DNA of 63,989 bases, filler included, from Reticulomyxa filosa (Eukaryota > Protista > Foraminifera), in the NCBI GenBank assembly GCA_000512085.1. It is 18 parts of 18 records of this genome, joined end to end, with 100 filler letters (N's around TTAATTAATTAA, not from the genome) between each part and the next. Parts side by side here need not be neighbours in the genome. Positions count along the whole stretch, not along the records: positions 4,227 to 21,647 come from ASPP01001149.1; positions 21,748 to 25,828 come from ASPP01020902.1; 16 more parts are not named here. The stretch is one strand, 5' to 3'. The translations under genes and the position numbers were made by a program. The notes under the pieces were generated by a model. That model worked only from the letters and a program-made list of their open reading frames with translations. It did no database searches and was not told where the DNA came from. Shown in pieces: positions 13,201 through 25,928 of this stretch. Numbering within the stretch: the stretch's first letter is position 1; the number at the start of each line of letters is the position of its first letter.

Positions 13201-16200
13201 CCAATGGAAAGAGACATTTCTTTGGAGCCCGTGATTTTTATGCACTCGTAAAACATCAAGCCGCGTCTCAAAGACGCTCGTTGCAAGGCTATCTTCGCAA
13301 CTTTGGTGGACTTGAACAAGGCAACTCCAGAACACAACAATTGCGGGGCATTTTGCTGAAAGCTTTGGACTCGGAATGGACAGAGGAGGAAATATCTTGC
13401 GAATTTAACATTTGGACTCCTGTGAGATGTGTGCAAGCAAATCTGATGGAGCGCAAATGCATTTCATCGCTTGACGATCTGATGGTAACCAGACATTGTA
13501 TGATTATCAGCGAAACGCACTATTCTTGGCAACTACTTTTGGAGTACAACATTTTGAATCACGATCACGTGTTTTTGTTCGGAAGCTATTTTGCTCATGA
13601 CACGTATTCCAATATTAGCAACTACAATCAATTAAATAAAATTATTGATTGCATGGACACTGGGAAAATGGTTGTTCTAAGCAATTTGCAGAGCATTTAT
13701 GACTGCTTGTATGATATGTTGAATCAAAGATATCAAAAAAGACCTTCAGGTGTTTCATTTGTTGTTGTTTTTTTTTTCATTCGTATCAAAGTCATTTGCA
13801 AAATAATAATAATAAAAAATAATAAATAATAAGGAAACGTGTATTGCCGAGTGGCATTAGGGACTGAAAGTAGAGATTGCTATGTTCATGAAAATTTCAA
13901 ATGTGTTGTTATTGTCGAGAAAAAGGACGCTTATAGTCCAAATATACAAGTTCTCAATATATTTAATATATTTTATTGGTTTGATAGAAAACAACACAAA
14001 CACAAACACAAACAAAAAGAATGCATTGCTCAGTCGTTTTGAGAAACAGTTTATTTCCTATCAAAATGCGCTGCCTCTAAATATCAGCTCCTATATCCAC
14101 AAGGCAGAGGAGATACTGAAGACACTTTTTAAGACGTCCAATCTGGACAACCTATTTTGTGGATATTGCCAAGATACTCTCTCCTCCGCGCTACTGTACT
14201 TAGCCGCTCAAAATGTGTCAGGAGTAGCAGACAAGGACGACAAAAAAAAGGAGTCGACACAAACAACGAGCATGCAATTGGATGCCGTTAGCTTTGACCA
14301 CAAGACATTGGAGTCGCAACTGTTAGATTTGTTTCTTCCGTTGTGTCGACCAGAAGAAGTCATTCGAACGAATATTGCTACTGAGATTACATTTATCCAT
14401 TGGTAAAATATAACTTTTTTTTTTTGTGATATACCATAGTCCATTGTCTCAACAACAAGTAACAATAAACAAACAAAAAAAAAGCGAACAACAGTGGAAA
14501 ATTATAAAAAGAACTTCAAGAATCAGATGTTAATGGTGCTCACGAATGATATGAAAGGCAATATCCCGATGGAGTGGCTCTATACTGAACAAATTGAGTC
14601 ATTCAAAAAACTTAGTGCGTTTGAAAGGACAATTAAAGACTTTTTCAGCGACAAAACTCGGAACGATACGTTAATTCTGCAATATCGCTATGCGCGCACA
14701 AATAAGGAGCTGTTGGAACAGGTGATGCAGATTCTTCAATTGGAATTCCAGCGCTTTCACAAAGATCAACACAACAATGAAAAAAAGAAATTTGTGGTTT
14801 TGCTTATTCGCATTAAAGGAATATCGTCCTTTTCTTTTATATTTCGACAGTTTCAAAATTTTTTTTTGGTGTTTTATTTTTATATGTTCAACAAAACAAA
14901 ACAAAAATAGAAAGTGGAAAATTGTATACGTTGATTATTTGCTATCCACAAGTTCAATGTCATTCCAAAATGATTTGAAGAAACCAGTGGCAGACATTGT
15001 CGGCAAACAGGAGATACAGGTATACATTTTTTTTTACGTATATTGCAACAAAAAAGAAAGTTTATATGTATGTGTGTTGCATTTGAAGACATTATTCAGT
15101 TGCGCATATCGGGCATTTGGGAGGTTACATTTTCCTCATTCGTTTGATGCGTTGGAGGAAAAAAAGTTACTGCGCTTGCTATTTGAGAACGAGCAGTTTA
15201 AGACGTGTAGAGACACTCTTGTAAGGCGATTGAAGGAACTCTTGTCCCAAGCTGCAGAAGGTTAACTGTCGAAAGGATTTTGCGCGACTTGAAAATAATC
15301 GAGAACAGGAAATCACCCTTTTTTGAGAAACATAAATATGTCATTGACACTTTGCTAATCCTGGCTTTTGTCAATGTGCTATTTGTCATTTATCAAAATG
15401 GTGGTTTTGCAGTTTTGTCACATCTCATTTGCATACATAAGTATACATATATGTATGTATATGTACATATATACTTATGTAAGCTTATATGCCAACACAA
15501 AAATAAAAAGAAATATATTGAGAGCAAGAAAAAAGAGGTTCGATGGTATTCAAAACTGTTTGAAAAAGCATTGAAGAGTCAAGAGTTGGTTGAGATAAAA
15601 TTGCCAGACATTGACAGCAGTCACTTACTTTTATCAGCAGTGGAACCGCAGTTGTATTCGGTTCAAAGCAATTTCCGGTGTTCGTTTCCCTTTAGTCATT
15701 GTATCCACAAATGGTGTCAACGGCAGCTCTCCCTCCGTTCAGATTTTCCGCGCGACGACTTTGCGTCGTGTGCGACAATGCTGGAGCAAATACCAATTGG
15801 AGCGGTCATTTGACAAATTGGGACACACCCTACTCCGCGAAGGCCGCTCACGAATATGCGATGGACTTAATTCGAAACTACTTTTCGTGGCATGCATACA
15901 CTCCGGATCAACAGGACATCTTGCGGAATATTTTTGTGTCTCTGGTGCTGTTGTCATGCAAGAAATTGTCAATTGCAGCTATCGAAGTGACTCTACATTA
16001 TTTCCATTTCATCATTTCCCATTATGCATATTTGATTTTTATCGCTTCCCTGTCTTTGAATAACCTGTCCGATGTGAACGAACAGGAGATGCATGAAAAT
16101 AATCCTGGACAATGGTTGGTAAATATGACTCTATCTCTGTGGGACTCCATTCTATTGACGAGCAATTTTGTCACAAATGTGCATCAGTTCCTTTTCCCCA

Positions 16201-19200
16201 ATTCGATTTCAATTGTTTTGGATTTCATGTACAAGTATTTGCCAGCTGACAATGCCAATTTGATGAATAAGGTGTTAGCAAGTGCACGAAAAATTGAAAT
16301 GCAATGTCTTGGACTTATGTATTTGAACACAGATACATTTATGGAAAAAGAGAAATATTTAATTGAACAAGGATTTTTGGATCGTGAAACAGTTATTGGC
16401 CGTATTCTCAAAAGCTATTCCACAAACCAAAATGAATCCAAGGAAAGGTATCCTCTCTTTGTTCAAGATTTACTCACCACAATTAAGCGCGTGGAGAGAA
16501 TTGAGGGCAATGCGGACAAATATAAAGTATATAACTCCATTTTGTCGGAATTGTATTCCAACGTTAGCAATATACCTATTTCCGAGATTCAGATTTTGAA
16601 AGAAATGGTGTTATATGGATGTCAGCAGTGGTACAGTCAATCCAGTCTATGTTCGGCTAAAGCAACGCTTTTGAATCGCTGTTTAGAATTAATGCTCTTG
16701 GATGGACAAGTGAATGAGAATAGCAAGCATTTGAAAAAGTGGTGTGACCATGCTCATCAAAATAAGGAAAATGGACTTGAATTAGTCGTAAAAATCTCAA
16801 CAGTAAAAGTGGCTCTGTTTCATCTTATTTCCACCATGAATAGTCGAAATATTAACATAGCAAGATTAGAAGAAAACCAAACTGTATATGAATTATTGCA
16901 AAAAATGAGCCAGTTGTTGATAACTTTCAGCACTGTCAATCCCCAATATGATCGATCCTTGCACGTGTGGTTTTTGAAACAACTGTACATAAGGAAAGGG
17001 ATCCATTGGATTGAGACAATATTTGCCCATCCTATGATCCGTCAGCACTTCCCTCTGTTTGGACAAGTCGATCCAGTCAATGTATTTTGGCTGTTGCGCG
17101 AAAGGACATTGTGCAATGATACTTTCAAACCTTTTGTTGGAATTTACGGAGACAAGCGTTACAGCAGTGTATTGCATGAAAATATAGTCCAAAATTCTTT
17201 TTCTACTGATCGTCTACCTGTTTCGTTCCGAATCATTGCCGAGTCGTTATCTTTGATCCATTTGTCTGATTACGATTATTCACACGAACAATTGCAAAGC
17301 TAACAATTTCCATACTTTTTTTTTTTTTGTTAATGCAAATAAAAGTCAACGATAAAGAACAAAGCAACTATTTCTTATACAGACTTGCGCATACATATCC
17401 AAACATCGGGCCTCCACAATCAAGAAATTTTTTGGCAGATCTTCACGCATTTAACATCGTCTCCAAAGGATGGTCGGCTGTTTTGTTGGAGGAATGTCAA
17501 AGACACACTTGATTTAATTGTGATTAGATTATGCTTCCATTTTTTGTCAGTTCTCCCATTTATGAAACGCAATCCGTTCCGATATCTATTTGCTGAATCT
17601 GATTTGTTCTTATCCAACGTGGGTCATAAACCGAGTCCGGATGAACATTTGAAAATCCATTATTGTTTGAATAATCATCCATTTTTGATCCATGCTCCAG
17701 AGCCACAAAATGTAACATGTCCATGGAAAGATTGTAATGCTACGATTACCAGAACATGCACCATTAAGTCATCTCTCAAATTAAAGAATACAATACATAC
17801 AAAGAGTATTTGGTTTATGTTGGGGAGATATTATACATCTCCTAAAAAAATGGAGCCAGTTAATTTGACGCAGTTGATATCGATATTGCTGCGATTGCTG
17901 TATCATTTGTTATTGCTCTTGCGAAATGAAGGAGTGCCACGGGATGGAAACAAAATTCAAGAATTACTGAGGCAGGACAATGCATCTAAATTTTTATGGA
18001 AAAAAATAAAACAAGATTTCAAAAGATTAGAAATACTAACAGATTTAAACGAAGAGCTGTTGGGTATTGCTCTTCATTTGTGGATTAAAGATTTCTCTGA
18101 AAAATTTGAAACATGGCATCCTCAAGGACTACCTCGTGGAGATTTAGCGGAGATTTATGAATTTGAGAAAAAGTTGGATGAAGAGTATTGCAAATTTTTT
18201 AATTCAAAAGCCAAGTTTATTGAGCTTCGAAACAAAAGTGAGATTGTGTCAAATAACAAGTTTAAAGAACTTATGGATGAAATCGAAGAAACAAAAGAAA
18301 TACATGAACGCTATGAAATTGAGCATATCTCACAATTATTTTTGAAAATTCAGCTATGGTCGTGGAGGGATTTGGTTCATGTTTTTAATAACAACCCTTT
18401 TTATCACAAAAGCATCCTTTGATTGCCCAATTATTAAATTGGGACGAAGCCATTTGGTACATTCGGTATCTGCCGGCCATTGTCAATCTGGTCAAGCATG
18501 TGCACATGGAATATTCGCGACAACTGTTGCCAGATGAGTTACATAAAATTCGCATCAGTGAAATATTGAAGCAGCAATATCAATGCAAAATATGGTGGAA
18601 CTATATCCTACGCTGTTGGAACTACTTTGCATTGGATTGCGAAAAACTGAAATATAACTGCCAAGATTTATCGATTGAGCACTTGTGCATTGTCGATTCC
18701 AACTCAAATAATTCTCAATTCAATATTTACAAAATAATTCAACTTTTGGAAACTCAACACAATAAATTTTTGAAGGCGTTTCAACAATTCAAGCATTTAT
18801 ATATCCAAAAGGCTGAAGAAGAGAAACAAAACGTTTTGGAGCAAGACAACTGGAAATGCTTTTTTGATATCAGAAAAAATGACATTTTGTGTTTCAATAA
18901 AAAACATTTGGATGATATCATTCAACAACGAAGCACTCCAGTGTTGCAATATGGCCAAAACGACAAATTTAAATGTTTTGACTTAGTTTCCATTGAAAAT
19001 GATATTTACCGTGCCTTTGTTTGTGATCGACAACCGTTGACATTTGTTATTCCTTTATTCGAATATCGTAATGACCTTGATATTCACAGCTGCATTGCAA
19101 CTATTGAAACACGTCATGAAGTTCTCAAAGATGCACAATTTCAATCTTTTTGGAACAAATTAAACCTGTCAGTTGCTTCATCTTTGGAAAAACAAAAAGC

Positions 19201-19732
19201 ATTAGGAATGCTAAATGATGCAATTGTCTATTTGTATCAAAACGTTAATGATCTTCAAGTAGATATGCCATTAACAAAATTGCTTCAAAATTTGCAGTTT
19301 GAAAAAGACTGGGTTCTATTTTCCCAAAGAGGCAATAACAAAGCAGAGCAACTCTACGTCAAACATGTTGGAGTTTTATGGCGTCAATTGAATAATATTG
19401 TTCAATCTGAGGGTTTGGATGAAAGTTCAATTATTCCATTTGTTCTTGAGGTTTATCGACAACCTTTAATCGATAATCTACAAACCAAAATTATAGAATT
19501 TGTTCATAAAACCTCAGTAGGTGCCATGAAAGACGTACTAAAAGCTTGGCGTGAAATTGCGTATAAACAAGGGCATATCGTACGAAACATAGAAGACGAA
19601 GACTTTGCCCATATGCTGAAGCAATATCTTCCTAACAACGATTTGAAATATTTTCCACATCAGTTATTGAAATGGAGATATTGTGCTGCTGCTTATGAAT
19701 GTGCATACCAAGAATGGAAAAGATCTCATTAA
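4227..19732 (+). CDS. RNF213/mysterin-like giant AAA+ ATPase (>4,000 aa, 5'-truncated, multi-exon, several homopolymer frameshifts)
   Basis: Collinear RNF213-type motifs: SKRVGMGKS, LTLDNILKM, PVILMGETGCGKT, FLDEVNT, IIAACNPYR, VYRVFPL, VSLRDVSRC, ENLF, LVGDPGTSKT, FDEIGLAEQAPDNPLKILHQLLE, VGISNWDLDAAKMNR, FFGARDFYALVK, RNFGG, FGSYF, LYDMLNQRY, CRVALG..CYVHENFKC, LLSRFEKQ, FPFS, and an RZ-like CLNNH...CPWKDC. Stop TAA at 19730-19732. Confidence 0.9.
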
Positions 19733-20923
19733 TTAAATTTTAAGTAAAAATGTTGCTTACTGCTTTTTTGTTTGTATGAAACAAGTATTCATACAAGCTC
19801 TAAGGATGGAGAATATCTTTTACTGTATATGTGCAATGTATTGTACTCCTTGGAAATAAAAAGTGATATTCGAACTAGTTTGGTTGCTCTCGTTTATGAA
19901 AACAAATCTTTTTTTTTTGTGTTTATTTTGGAGTAAAGTTTCATTGTTCCAGTAGCAGTTTGACAAAAATACCTACTTTATAAGTAAACATTTAATCATA
20001 ATCTTTTTGAGTATTTTTTAACTCTAAAAGTATTTATTTTGTAACAATAATTCTTTTATTTCGATTAGTCAAACAATCATTCGTTGTTTGTTTCTTATCT
20101 TTCACATCAAATAGTTATATTATAGGCCAAATTAAATGGACGGGCCAAGTTGTGGCAGTCTGGATCTAATAATTTGTTATCAGATTATTCAATATTTGTA
20201 GATATAAATGTATTTGAATTTTGAAAAAATTGAGCTTGTGTTGTACTTGCATTACCGAAATCTTTATTATTGTCAAGATCAATTTAGAGAACTGTAAAAT
20301 AGTTTTAATTGTTGTTTTTTTTTTAAACAAAGAGAACATGCTAGCAAAATTGATCCTTTTAAGCAACTAAGGTTCATTTTTTTTCAATCTGAAGAGTGGT
20401 GAAAGTGTTGAGCTATAGATGAGTTTGGATATGTCGTTTGAATGTTAAATATTTTTTTGTTCACATTGTAGTGCAATGCCCTACTAATTACAGGAGAAGC
20501 TTCATATGAACGAGGGAACCCTTTTTTCCTCAACAACATTCACTGTTTTTCTTCTTTCACTTTTCTGTTTTTCTTTTTCTTATCAGTGAGTTGTTTACCT
20601 TGATTATTTAACTACTTTTGTTTGCCTTTTGAAAACAGCTTTCAGTAATTACTTTCTTATTACACTTGGCGCTACCTCAATCTTCCTACAACATGTGCTT
20701 TTTTTTTCGTTTGTACTTTCTTATTGTTTGATGTGTTTTTTTTGTAGATGGCTCACAGTCGATTTGTAATACATTATTTTTCTTTTTTTTCTTTTTCTTT
20801 AAAGTTGTATTTTCTCATCGTGACAAATATTTGGGCATTGAAAAATTTATTTCTCTGAAATTTAACAATTGAAAAACTTCATAATGAATTGTTTTGAAAA
20901 ATGAAAATGAGATAATTGAAAAA

Positions 20924-21647
20924 TTAAGGGAGAAGATCAAGAACTTGCAAAATTTGTTCAAAGGAATTATCAGTGGGATTTTGTTTAAATTGAAAGGCCA
21001 TATCAACAATTTTGTTGAAAACCTATGACAACAAAGCAGTGTGATAAAGATAAGAATAAAATAAATGATAAATATAATCAAAACTTTGACAACATTAGTT
21101 CCATCAGCTGCGGAAGTGAAGTCAATAGGTAGCTTTTTTTTTTTTAATTCAAATAACATGTGTGATCAAAAATAATTGCATATTATATATTATACCTTTC
21201 GTTTTTCAGCAAATTGAAATTTTTTTTTAGTGACAGAAACATCACAATCAATTTTATTTCCAATAACAATAGTAGGAATAACACCTCTGTATTGTAATAA
21301 TTCATTGTACCATGAATTTAAATTTTGATAAGTTTGTTTTCTTTTACAATCAAATACTAGAATACAAGCATGTGCTCTGTGATAATAAGAAGGATGCATT
21401 GAATTAAAGCGCTCCTGATAATAAATGATCATAATTGTAATTATATTATATAAAATATACATATATTTATTGATTTTTTTATTATTTTTAGTAATAAATT
21501 ACAAAACTTGTCCTGCAGTATCCCAAAAATCAACTAAAAGTGATTTATCATTCATTGTCGTGGTATGACTAATTAAGTAATTAATTATATATTTGTAATT
21601 TGTTATTTTAAATTATTTAAAAAAAATATACAAATATTTTTTAACCG
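20924..21647 (-). CDS. RABL2: RABL2-like small GTPase, 5'-truncated
   Basis: Spliced product VDFWDTAGQ|ERFNSMHPSYYHRAHACILVFD...GNKID...|LPIDFTSAADGTNVVK|VFNKIVDMAFQFKQNP...LLP*. ERFxSMHxSYYH and SAADGTNVVK are RABL2-type motifs. No prenylation Cys at the C-terminus. Confidence 0.88.
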
Positions 21648-21791
21648 NNNNNNNNNNNNNNNNNNNNNNNNNNNNNNNNNNNNNNNNNNNNTTAATTAAT
21701 TAANNNNNNNNNNNNNNNNNNNNNNNNNNNNNNNNNNNNNNNNNNNNGTATTGTATATATAAGTATACGTATGTAATCATAACTAAAATAG

Positions 21792-22970
21792 AGACGATGC
21801 GACGATGCTAGATGACCAAGCTCGGAGTGAGATGAAACGTACATATATTCGAAAAACGCGAGAGCGAATAGCGGCGAATGTAGCGTTGAAAAAGTCACGC
21901 GAAGAGGCGACAATCCACAAGTTGTACAAGCCAAAGTATGAGCATTGTTTTTCTTCGAGGACGAAATGGATAATGATGAGAAGAAGACTACAACATGTGG
22001 ATGCAAGACGACGATGACGACGACGACGACGACGACGATGACGACAAAGATAGAAGAGAAAGAGCAAAGAAATGACAAAGAAGAACATACAAACGAATGG
22101 GAGTGGTTTGAGGAGTCGAACTTGTCGCAGAACAAATTTCCATTCCATTTGTTGGACGAGACGTTCATAGCGATGTACAAATCTCTGATTGCGGTGAGAC
22201 ATGAGACTAGTAACAAAATCGCTGATGTGATATCATATTGGCGAGACACAAAGCAGGTGCTCAAGAACCCGCTCAAAGGCGTGTGGATATTCCCTGTCTT
22301 CAATGCCACGCTTTGTGCCAATCTCATCGACGAAAGCGAACACTATCTGCGTCAGGCTGTCAGTGAACAATTCAAAGGATTACTGCCTATACAAAGGCCC
22401 AATTCTATGAATGGATATGGACTTGTGGTCAATGCCATTGGCATGAAGCTTTGCTTTTCCAGACTCATGGACGTCATCGTTGCTCCTTTGTCGGACTTAT
22501 TGCTCCCTTTCGATGACTGGGGGAGTGTTGCTGGAACAAAGTATGACGTGGCCAATAGTAAGATTAATATCGATGATGCTACTGATGATCACAAAGATAA
22601 TCACACAACAAAGCGCAAATGGGAGTTCAATGATCATCACACCTTTGTCATTCGCTACAAACATGGCGAAGATGTCTCGCTGGATACTCATGTCGACGCA
22701 TCACTTGTCACTCTGAACATTTGTCTAGGCAAGCAAGACTTTGAAGGAGCAAAACTCTACTTCCATTCTATTCAGGGCACCCAAGACGATTTAGAAAAAG
22801 ACGAACCCAATTACGTGTCTCCTCATCCTGAAAAAGATTGCCCATTTTGTCGCTGCACGTGGACTCATGAAATTGGACACGGTGTTCTCCATATTGGCAA
22901 ATATATACACGGAGCAAACACTTTAAAAAAAGGCGAAAGAGTTAATATCGTCATGTGGTGCAAAGAATAA
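21792..22970 (+). CDS. 2OG-Fe(II) oxygenase (OGFOD2/PLOD-like), 5'-truncated, one probable homopolymer frameshift near 21945
   Basis: RPNSMNGYG, HHTFVIRYKHGEDVSLDTHVDASLVTLNICLG (HxD), GKYIHGA (distal His), GERVNIVMWC (2OG-binding Arg). Confidence 0.88.
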
Positions 22971-25437
22971 AAAAATTTTTTTTTTTCATGTTCCAACTAT
23001 TCATCTTACTACACATACATTAAATCTATATCTTTCTCAAGTAAATGCTATTTGTTTTTTTTTTATAAGTATATTACTGCGCTTTAAAACATAAAACAAT
23101 TTTGGTAAAACTACCTTGAAAAACAAGTATCGTTAGTCTATATTATACGCTAATACATATTACAAAACATTAAGACAACAATTACAATAATATAAAGTGT
23201 TATATAAAAACACAATTGAAACAAGTAATAGTGATTATTGGAACAACACTAACAAATACAATATTATTAAAGTTAAAACAAACATTTATAGAAAACATAA
23301 TAACTATAATTTTATAGTATTAACAAAATAGTAATAACTTGCTATATCAAAGTCAATATTCAAATAACAATAAAGCGCAGTAAAATAAAAAATATTCGTT
23401 CATATTATCAACAACGCAAAAATAAAAAACAATTTGATAATATATTTAAAGTAAATATAGTCATAAATAAAGTGATTATCCGAATAAAATTACATATTAT
23501 ATAAAAGCTATATATTCAATAAAATATCGAACGCATTTTCATAATGGACAATGTTTATGATATTGATTTTCTTGAAATACATATCCATAATAAAGAAATT
23601 TTGAAAATTCAATAAATTGCTTACATAATCGATTTGATGTCAATGATGAAATTATACAAATTTCAACATTTATTGATCAATTGTGCCATATCTATATTTG
23701 AAAAAAATCATTGTTACATATTATCAGTTACTTGAAAAAAGTTAAACATTATATCGGCGAACATGATTGCATAATAATGTTATGTTTTTTGGACTTTCAT
23801 AACAACTTTCAAACAGCTGATCAGTTGGAAAGAATGCAAGATATTACAAGAAAGATAATTCAATCAAAGAAGAAATTTCATATTATCAGCTGATATAATG
23901 ATCATAGATACACCAAGATGTTATCAATGCATTTTTTCATAAGATTTCATTGGATTTTTTGATTATGAAATTTTTATATATTTTGATATAGTAGCCAGTT
24001 GATACAAATATATTCAGTTGGAACAAATTCCTTGCTGCATTCAGATATTGTTTGAGGATAATAAATTTTTTGGATCTTTTAATTCTGTTAATTTTAAGAA
24101 AGAAAGTAAAAGTTTTCAATTTCATCATTTGTTCTTTTAACAACTTCTTTAATGTATTTGCGTTTTTGTTGTTGAGTTATGCTTCTTTGGTTCGAGGCCA
24201 TATAACAGTCTTTCCAAAAAAAACACTAGTTTACATTTTCAACTGGTATAAAAAATTTAATAGTAAAAAAAATCCAGTTGCGTTTTTTTGTCTTTCGCCA
24301 CTAACTTGATTGCAACAAAATCGTTATAAATCTTTGAATGTATTCTTCAAAACTCTTTCATATACTATGTGTTGCAGTGATTTTAAAGTTAATTTTTAAA
24401 GGACAATAACAACAATTTAACTATGTTATATTTTCTTTCAATATATAGAAATACCAATGCAAAAAAAGCATTATTTTGTCAAACGCTTTTTAAATTTTAC
24501 TCAATGTAAACTGTTTTTGTAGTTAAATATTCCCGTTAAATGTTGAATTAGTCAAGTTATTTTTTAATAACTTCCATAAATAAAACTCTAAGAACTCAAA
24601 TTAAGGCACTAAACGGAACATGTCAAATGTTGTTCGTGCGTTGTAAGAACGTATCTTTTATCTATTTTTATCTTGGGAATAGTTTGTGTCCATAGTTACA
24701 CACTAAAACTATTTTCTCTTTCGAAACCAATTTGATGTATTTTCCTTCATTTTTTGCTCAATAAATTACGTTAATGAATCTTGGACAAATACGACGATAT
24801 TTAAAGAATTTCACTGAGAAGAAAAAATCAAAAACAAAAATAAAAGACGATCAATGTTACTTAAAAAGTGTTGCTATTATTTTTCCCTGAAACAACAAAA
24901 CGCAAACCAAAAAAAAAATAAAACAACAAGAATAACCTTTTTTCCTGCCAATCAACAAACAAGCCAAGAGAAACACTTGTTTTTAGTTCAATAGTTCAAC
25001 TTTCTTCCTTCGCCCCGTTTTCTCTTGTCTCTTCAAACAAAAAAAGGAAAACTTTAAATCGAGTTTGTTTTTGTTTAAGAGGAAAACCCACGAATCAAGC
25101 AAAGCCAACAAGTACACAAAAATATGATGGATGTGCAAACAAAAAAACGAAACACAAATTTAAATAAAGTTGGGAGGGATAACACTACTGTTTTAATTAT
25201 TATTAAAAAACGCCTATTTTAAGTTTCGTTCGTATCCATGTATAAATTTGTTTCTTGTTTATTTGTAATGTATATATAAAGAAATAGCGCTAAGGACAAT
25301 AAAACACTTTCAGATGGAAATCGCAATTTTGTTTGGGTTATGTTTTTTTTATAAAAAAAAAAATAATTAGAATAAGTAAAAAAAAAGCAACAATAATTTG
25401 AAATTATTTTTTTTAAAGTCCAAAAAAAAAATAAATT

Positions 25438-25828
25438 TCAAATAAGAGTGCAACATCCAGAGCTTTTTTTCTTGACGATGGGTCCGTCATCGATGACAAC
25501 AACACTCGAAGGCTCTCTTCGATTTCCTTTCGACTTTGCAGGGTCATTATTGGAAAAGTTTTTTGGATGTTTGGCTTTTTGACGTTGTAACAATTGTTTA
25601 GTCAGTTCCAAAAACACTTCTTCAACACCATTGCCCGACTTTGCTGATGTTGGCACCAGCGTTGCGTGAACCAAGGAAGCATACGATTTCGCATGATCTT
25701 CGCTCACCTACAGCAAATTATATACAATATATGTGTATGTATATAATGTATTACACATATGCATTATACGAAATACTCTACATCAAAAAAAAAAATTACG
25801 TAATCCATGCCCATATTATTCTGACCCT
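25438..25828 (-). CDS. Rab-family GTPase C-terminal part (Rab21/Rab5-like), 5'-truncated
   Basis: VSEDHAKSYA...TSAKSGNGVEEVFLELTK (G5 box), a hypervariable tail and terminal GCCTLI prenylation motif. Confidence 0.8.
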
Positions 25829-25928
25829 NNNNNNNNNNNNNNNNNNNNNNNNNNNNNNNNNNNNNNNNNNNNTTAATTAATTAANNNNNNNNNNNNNNNN
25901 NNNNNNNNNNNNNNNNNNNNNNNNNNNN

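Noticed and set aside
4444-13436. Many antisense and alternate-frame ORFs over the RNF213-like gene, and similar ones elsewhere
   Set aside because: They are shadow ORFs of real coding exons or of microsatellites, with no recognisable motifs.
22980-24400. Possible gene in an AT-rich stretch
   Set aside because: Only short stop-riddled frames. It may be a decayed pseudogene, but no family is recognisable.
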